In this document: piece by piece, positions 56,338 to 64,000 of the stretch
How the letters are laid out: every line of letters starts with the position of its first letter
How positions within the stretch are numbered: the first letter of the stretch is position 1
From: Candidatus Woesebacteria bacterium
Lineage (GTDB): Bacteria; Patescibacteriota; Saccharimonadia; Saccharimonadales; EFPC-124
Assembly: GCA_050115675.1 (NCBI GenBank)
Contig: JASFQB010000005.1
Location: forward strand, 22,556-86,555
Direction of reading: 5' to 3'
DNA: 64,000 nucleotides
The notes under the pieces: model-generated
Database searches by the model: none
What the model was told of the DNA's origin: nothing
What the model saw: only the letters and a program-made list of their open reading frames with translations
Made by a program: the position numbers and the translations under genes

Positions 56338-56763
56338 ATGAGTTTGGAACCGTTTCAATACATCTTGATACCAGTTGCGGCATGGATTGCCGCTCAGGGA
56401 GGCAAGTATGCGCTCCAGGCTCTTAAGAGAGGAGACTACAAACAAGCAGACTTGCTGTACAAATCGGGAGGCATGCCAAGCTCTCATTCGGCAGTGGTAG
56501 TCTCATTGGCCACGACAATTGGGTTGACTGAGGGATTTCAGTCGGCCCAATTTGGCCTTTCGGCAGTGCTGGCAAGTATTGTAATTTACGACGCAATTAA
56601 CGTGCGACGTGCAGTTGGAGAGCAAGGAGACGCTCTTTTTGCGCTCACAAAAGACAAAAAAGAGCTAACCTTCTTTACGGCAAAAGGACACACTCTACCT
56701 CAAGTAATTGCTGGTGGAACGCTTGGTTTTTTGGCCTCTGTCATAATGTTGCAATTTTTGTAA
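56338..56763 (+). CDS. Divergent PAP2-family membrane protein (DUF212-like)
   Basis: 'SGGMPSSHSAVVVSLAT' and 'IYDAINVRRAVGEQG' motifs. 141 aa. Confidence 0.7.
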   Translation: MSLEPFQYILIPVAAWIAAQGGKYALQALKRGDYKQADLLYKSGGMPSSHSAVVVSLATTIGLTEGFQSAQFGLSAVLASIVIYDAINVRRAVGEQGDALFALTKDKKELTFFTAKGHTLPQVIAGGTLGFLASVIMLQFL

Positions 56764-56784
56764 CGTATTTTTCTAGCGAAACTG

Positions 56785-56814
56785 TTGACATATGGGTGGC
56801 TTACCTGTTAGTAT
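56785..56814 (+). promoter_or_regulatory. 16S rRNA promoter (TTGACA-18-TAGTAT)
   Basis: Consensus -35 at 56785-56790 and -10-like TAGTAT at 56809-56814, about 130 nt upstream of 16S. Confidence 0.5.
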
Positions 56815-56944
56815 CAGTATCAGTCTGATGAACACATCTGAGCAAAAGAGGCGCAGAGGAAGTGAGATTGAACGTTAACAATTTGGTAGTGCAAGTCAAC
56901 GTCAGTTTTTGAGATAAAGATTTGAGAGAGTTTCTTACTTTCTT

Positions 56945-58419
<1,475 letters not shown>

Positions 58420-58591
58420 TAGGGAGTTACGCCTACATTAAAGCGATTTAATGTAGAGCGAGGTCGGTCTTGTGGTTTTGTTGAGTCTACAAAATCACTT
58501 TAGTCTCTGCATTGCAGAGTCAAGACTTTAGACTCATTGTTATCAAGAATGAAGCGTTGACTGCACTACCAAGTTGTTAAAACAGACTAAC

Positions 58592-58626
58592 AAATAGCAC
58601 CCTTTTGGGGTGCTATTTGTTTTTAT
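58592..58626 (+). terminator. Intrinsic-terminator-like hairpin inside the 16S-23S spacer
   Basis: aaatagcaccc / gggtgctattt 11-bp stem followed by gTTTTTaTcTaTTTT, 11 nt after the 16S processing helix. Confidence 0.6.
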
Positions 58627-58647
58627 CTATTTTACAGATGAAAACGC

Positions 58648-58676
58648 TTGCAGTTTTTGTATTTTTTCGCTAAAAT
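58648..58676 (+). promoter_or_regulatory. Internal spacer promoter (TTGCAG-17-TAAAAT)
   Basis: Hexamers at 58648-58653 and 58671-58676, 26 nt upstream of tRNA-Ala. Confidence 0.45.
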
Positions 58677-58701
58677 GTTGATTGTCACAAGCGATTAATT
58701 T

Positions 58702-58778
58702 GGGGCATTAGCTCAGCTGGTTAGAGCACCTGCTTTGCAAGCAGGGGGTCGTCGGTTCGAATCCGACATGCTCCACCA
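58702..58778 (+). tRNA. tRNA-Ala (anticodon TGC)
   Basis: Acceptor ggggcat/atgctcc with G3:U70, anticodon loop ttTGCaa, CCA encoded. Confidence 0.9.
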
Positions 58779-58874
58779 GGATTTGTCTCTAGTTTTCCGG
58801 AGATAAGTCCTGGTAGATGGGCGTTTGGGCTGTACTTTTTAAATCAGATTTTCTTTATGGTAGCACTAACATGT

Positions 58875-58951
58875 GGGCGATTAGCTCAGCTGGTTAGAGT
58901 GCGTCACTGATAATGACGAGGTCTCAGGTTCAAGTCCTGAATCGCCCACCA
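58875..58951 (+). tRNA. tRNA-Ile (anticodon GAT)
   Basis: Acceptor gggcgat/atcgccc, anticodon stem cgtca/tgacg with loop ctGATaa, CCA encoded. Confidence 0.9.
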
Positions 58952-59317
58952 GTTAGTGCTACTAGAGAAAAATGTATAAAAAATAGTTTTTTTATCAAAA
59001 AACACTTGTCACAAGATGATAATTTTGATATATTACTACGTAGTGAAGCGAAAGTTTTGAGAACAAAACCTCTGGCGTATTGTACGATTGGATTTGGTAC
59101 GTTGCAGAGGTATTTTTGTTGCAGATAATACATCAAAAATGTTCTTTACACGACAGCGGTTATCCTGATAAGATAATGTCACTTGAGGTTGCACAATTGA
59201 GCAGTAATAAACCGCTTCTCTGCGCGAACTCAAGTTTACGAGTTGGCAATTTAACAATTAGGTTTTTGATAAAGGAAAGACGGCAATTGGTAATTACCAA
59301 TTACTAGTCAAACCAAT

Positions 59318-62400
<3,083 letters not shown>

Positions 62401-62557
62401 TCTCATCCACGATGCTTATGCTTGCATTAGCGGAGTAGATGAGATAAGGTTTGACTAGTAGTTGGTGTATATCAACGACGATTCTTTATCAGAAATCTTA
62501 GGCATCGTATGGATGTCGAATTGACGAGGGTTATGTAATAGCTTTAAGCCTTGTGGA

Positions 62558-62665
62558 TTCGGTGTCCATGGCGCTGGGGAAACGCCCGTTCTCATTTCGA
62601 ACACGGAAGCTAAGCCCAGCTGCGGCGATTATACTGCGAAAGTGGAAAACTAGCACGATGCCGTT
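62558..62665 (+). rRNA. rrf: 5S ribosomal RNA
   Basis: Helix I cggtgtc/gatgccg and the loop region 'CCCGTTCTCATTTCGAACACGGAAGCTAAGC' typical of 5S. Confidence 0.8.
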
Positions 62666-62671
62666 TTATAT

Positions 62672-62698
62672 AAAACCCCAGGTAACTCCTGGGGTTTT
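62672..62698 (+). terminator. rRNA operon terminator
   Basis: aaaaccccagg / cctggggtttt 11-bp perfect stem with a T-run. Confidence 0.8.
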
Positions 62699-62979
62699 AT
62701 CTTTGTGCAATGTAAGTATACTTCCATCTTGTGCATGAGGGGATCCTTCTTACTTAACGTAAATGAGCTTATAGGAGCCATTGTTATGGTCAGAGGGCTT
62801 GGTTGAAGCGGTGCGCGCGGTTTGCTGCATTTTAAATGTATAGGCGTGTCAAGAGTTAGCTGAGTCTGGATATGTGACGAATAGGCTGCGTGGCTACAAT
62901 ATCATCAGTTGGTTTTATGCAGTTTGCAAATTATAAGGTTAATGATTGTGTTATAAAACATAAAGCGCTCATGTAAATA

Positions 62980-63008
62980 TTGACAAATTATAATAATAAT
63001 GCTAATAT
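62980..63008 (+). promoter_or_regulatory. Near-consensus sigma70 promoter (TTGACA-17-TAATAT)
   Basis: Hexamers at 62980-62985 and 63003-63008, upstream of the KGG stress-protein gene. Confidence 0.6.
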
Positions 63009-63050
63009 TAAATCATCCAAATATCATTTGTGAGTTTAAGGAGATATTAT

Positions 63051-63260
63051 ATGTCAGGTACAAAAGCTGGCAGCGAGAAGGCTGTTCAAACTATTATGAA
63101 AAGACACGGTAGCGACTTTTACGCACGTATAGGCGCCGTTGGCGGTAAAAAAGGCACAACTGGTGGCTTTGCTGCTAACCGCGAGCTAGCACGAGTTGCA
63201 GGCGCTAAAGGCGGTCGTATTAGCCGCCGTAGCAAAGCTGGCGTAAGAGAAAGTAAATAA
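63051..63260 (+). CDS. KGG-repeat general stress protein (YciG-like)
   Basis: 'GGKKGTTGGFAANRELARVAGAKGGRIS' KGG-type repeats. RBS AAGGAG 7 nt before ATG 63051. Confidence 0.7.
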   Translation: MSGTKAGSEKAVQTIMKRHGSDFYARIGAVGGKKGTTGGFAANRELARVAGAKGGRISRRSKAGVRESK

Positions 63261-63273
63261 GCGCGCCAGTTGC

Positions 63274-63705
63274 TTAAATTGATTCATCAATAAGCCAAGA
63301 ATACCTACAGTTTATGCAGCTGTAGGTATTCTTTTTGGTTTGAATTCCTGTTTGGCCGCATGCTGGGCAGAGGCTTTTTGAATGTAGCCAGTCTCGGTAT
63401 GTATCTAGACAGTCTTGAATATAATCATCGCTTATAGATATTTTGTAGTTATTTTGCAGTTTATTTTTTGCATAGTGCCATGCTGCACTTTCACATTTGA
63501 CCAGGTTAATATTTGCACTAAAGCTGTCATGGCCCAACAGGGCGTGGGCAATCTCGTGAAGAATAAGCCAAGCAGAGTTGGGTTCTGTGCTGCAAAAAGT
63601 TATCGTTTTTGTTTTTGGTGACCACTTAAACGATTTACCCTCGATAAAAACAAAGTTGGGATAATCTTTTGCTAGTTTATCAAGCAGGAGTTTGTTGAGT
63701 TGCAT
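63274..63705 (-). CDS. Putative HExxH zinc metallopeptidase with C-terminal zinc ribbon
   Basis: 'WLILHEIAHALLGH' plus 'CPACGQTG...YSCINCRYSW'. 143 aa. Family not identified (SprT-like or ImmA-like). Confidence 0.45.
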   Translation of the reverse strand: MQLNKLLLDKLAKDYPNFVFIEGKSFKWSPKTKTITFCSTEPNSAWLILHEIAHALLGHDSFSANINLVKCESAAWHYAKNKLQNNYKISISDDYIQDCLDTYRDWLHSKSLCPACGQTGIQTKKNTYSCINCRYSWLIDESI

Positions 63706-64000
63706 TTATGTAGCATCCGTAAAGTACAGCTTCGTTTGGGTGTACAGCTTCTTTTATTTCGGGCAGGTCAATAAAATCTGGCAGTCTGTCTCGCAAAACT
63801 TCACGTAGTTGTGGTGCAAATTTTTGAAAGTGGTCGCCAACGCTTCCGCCAAGAACAATTATGTTTGGTTGTAGCGCCGGTATTAAGGCTAATAAGCCCT
63901 GCGAGAGATTGTCTACAATCTCTTTCCAGTCATTTGCGCTATGTATATCTACGGCCTGATGTTTAAAGTATTCTTTTATGGCCTTGCCAGAGGCATAATC
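63680..64000 (-). CDS. 3' end of a ROK-family (glucokinase-like) gene; 5' part lies outside the window
   Basis: Frame is open from the window edge: '...PNIIVLGGSVGDHFQKFAPQLREVL...HPNEAVLYGCYINATQQTPA*'. There is no internal Met, so it is absent from the ORF track. Overlaps the next gene by 26 nt. Confidence 0.55.
   Translation of the reverse strand, partial: DYASGKAIKEYFKHQAVDIHSANDWKEIVDNLSQGLLALIPALQPNIIVLGGSVGDHFQKFAPQLREVLRDRLPDFIDLPEIKEAVHPNEAVLYGCYINATQQTPA

Overview
64-kb chromosomal window from a compact, low-GC genome (hand-counted native samples about 37-45% GC). It uses the standard code: TGA is a stop at 353-355 and at the ends of pilM and pilO. The rRNA sequences and gene content point to Patescibacteria/CPR, most likely a Saccharibacteria (TM7)-like organism. 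The 16S contains exact matches to what I recall as TM7-targeted primer sites at 57464-57482 and 58065-58088; this needs verifying. Housekeeping content: rpsF-ssb-rpsR, efp, tlyA, ychF, xer recombinase, uppP, ndk, nrdR, thrS-miaA, rpmB, an M50 protease, an RNase HI fusion, RNase P RNA, infC-rpmI-rplT, comM, tmRNA, gyrB-gyrA, an rRNA locus (16S, tRNA-Ala, tRNA-Ile, 23S, 5S) and seven other tRNAs. Accessory content: (1) a complete type IV pilus locus (13092-24551: pilM-N-O-x-B-T-C-A-D plus four minor pilins), preceded by two large surface-protein genes. (2) Envelope glycosylation genes (a GT-C and a processive GT2) and a GH5 glycanase coupled to a phage-tail-fibre-like gene. (3) The most unusual region: a degraded integrated element directly after tRNA-Arg(CCT). 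It holds a 5'-truncated, frameshifted large serine recombinase and a 532-aa fibre/adhesin-like gene whose GC rises from about 42% at its 5' end to 65-77% in its body. The gene shares its N-terminal module with the native-GC fibre-like gene at 2035-2763. I read it as a candidate host-recognition adhesin with an imported high-GC (actinobacterial or actinophage-like) receptor-binding part; this is inference. (4) A roughly 1-kb AT-rich gene desert after tmRNA, followed by a GC-rich multi-hairpin element and an operon ending in an orphan VirD4/TraD-like ATPase. I saw no CRISPR array, no intact IS element and no large rRNA intron. All coordinates of RNA ends, promoters and terminators are hand-derived and approximate (a few nt).
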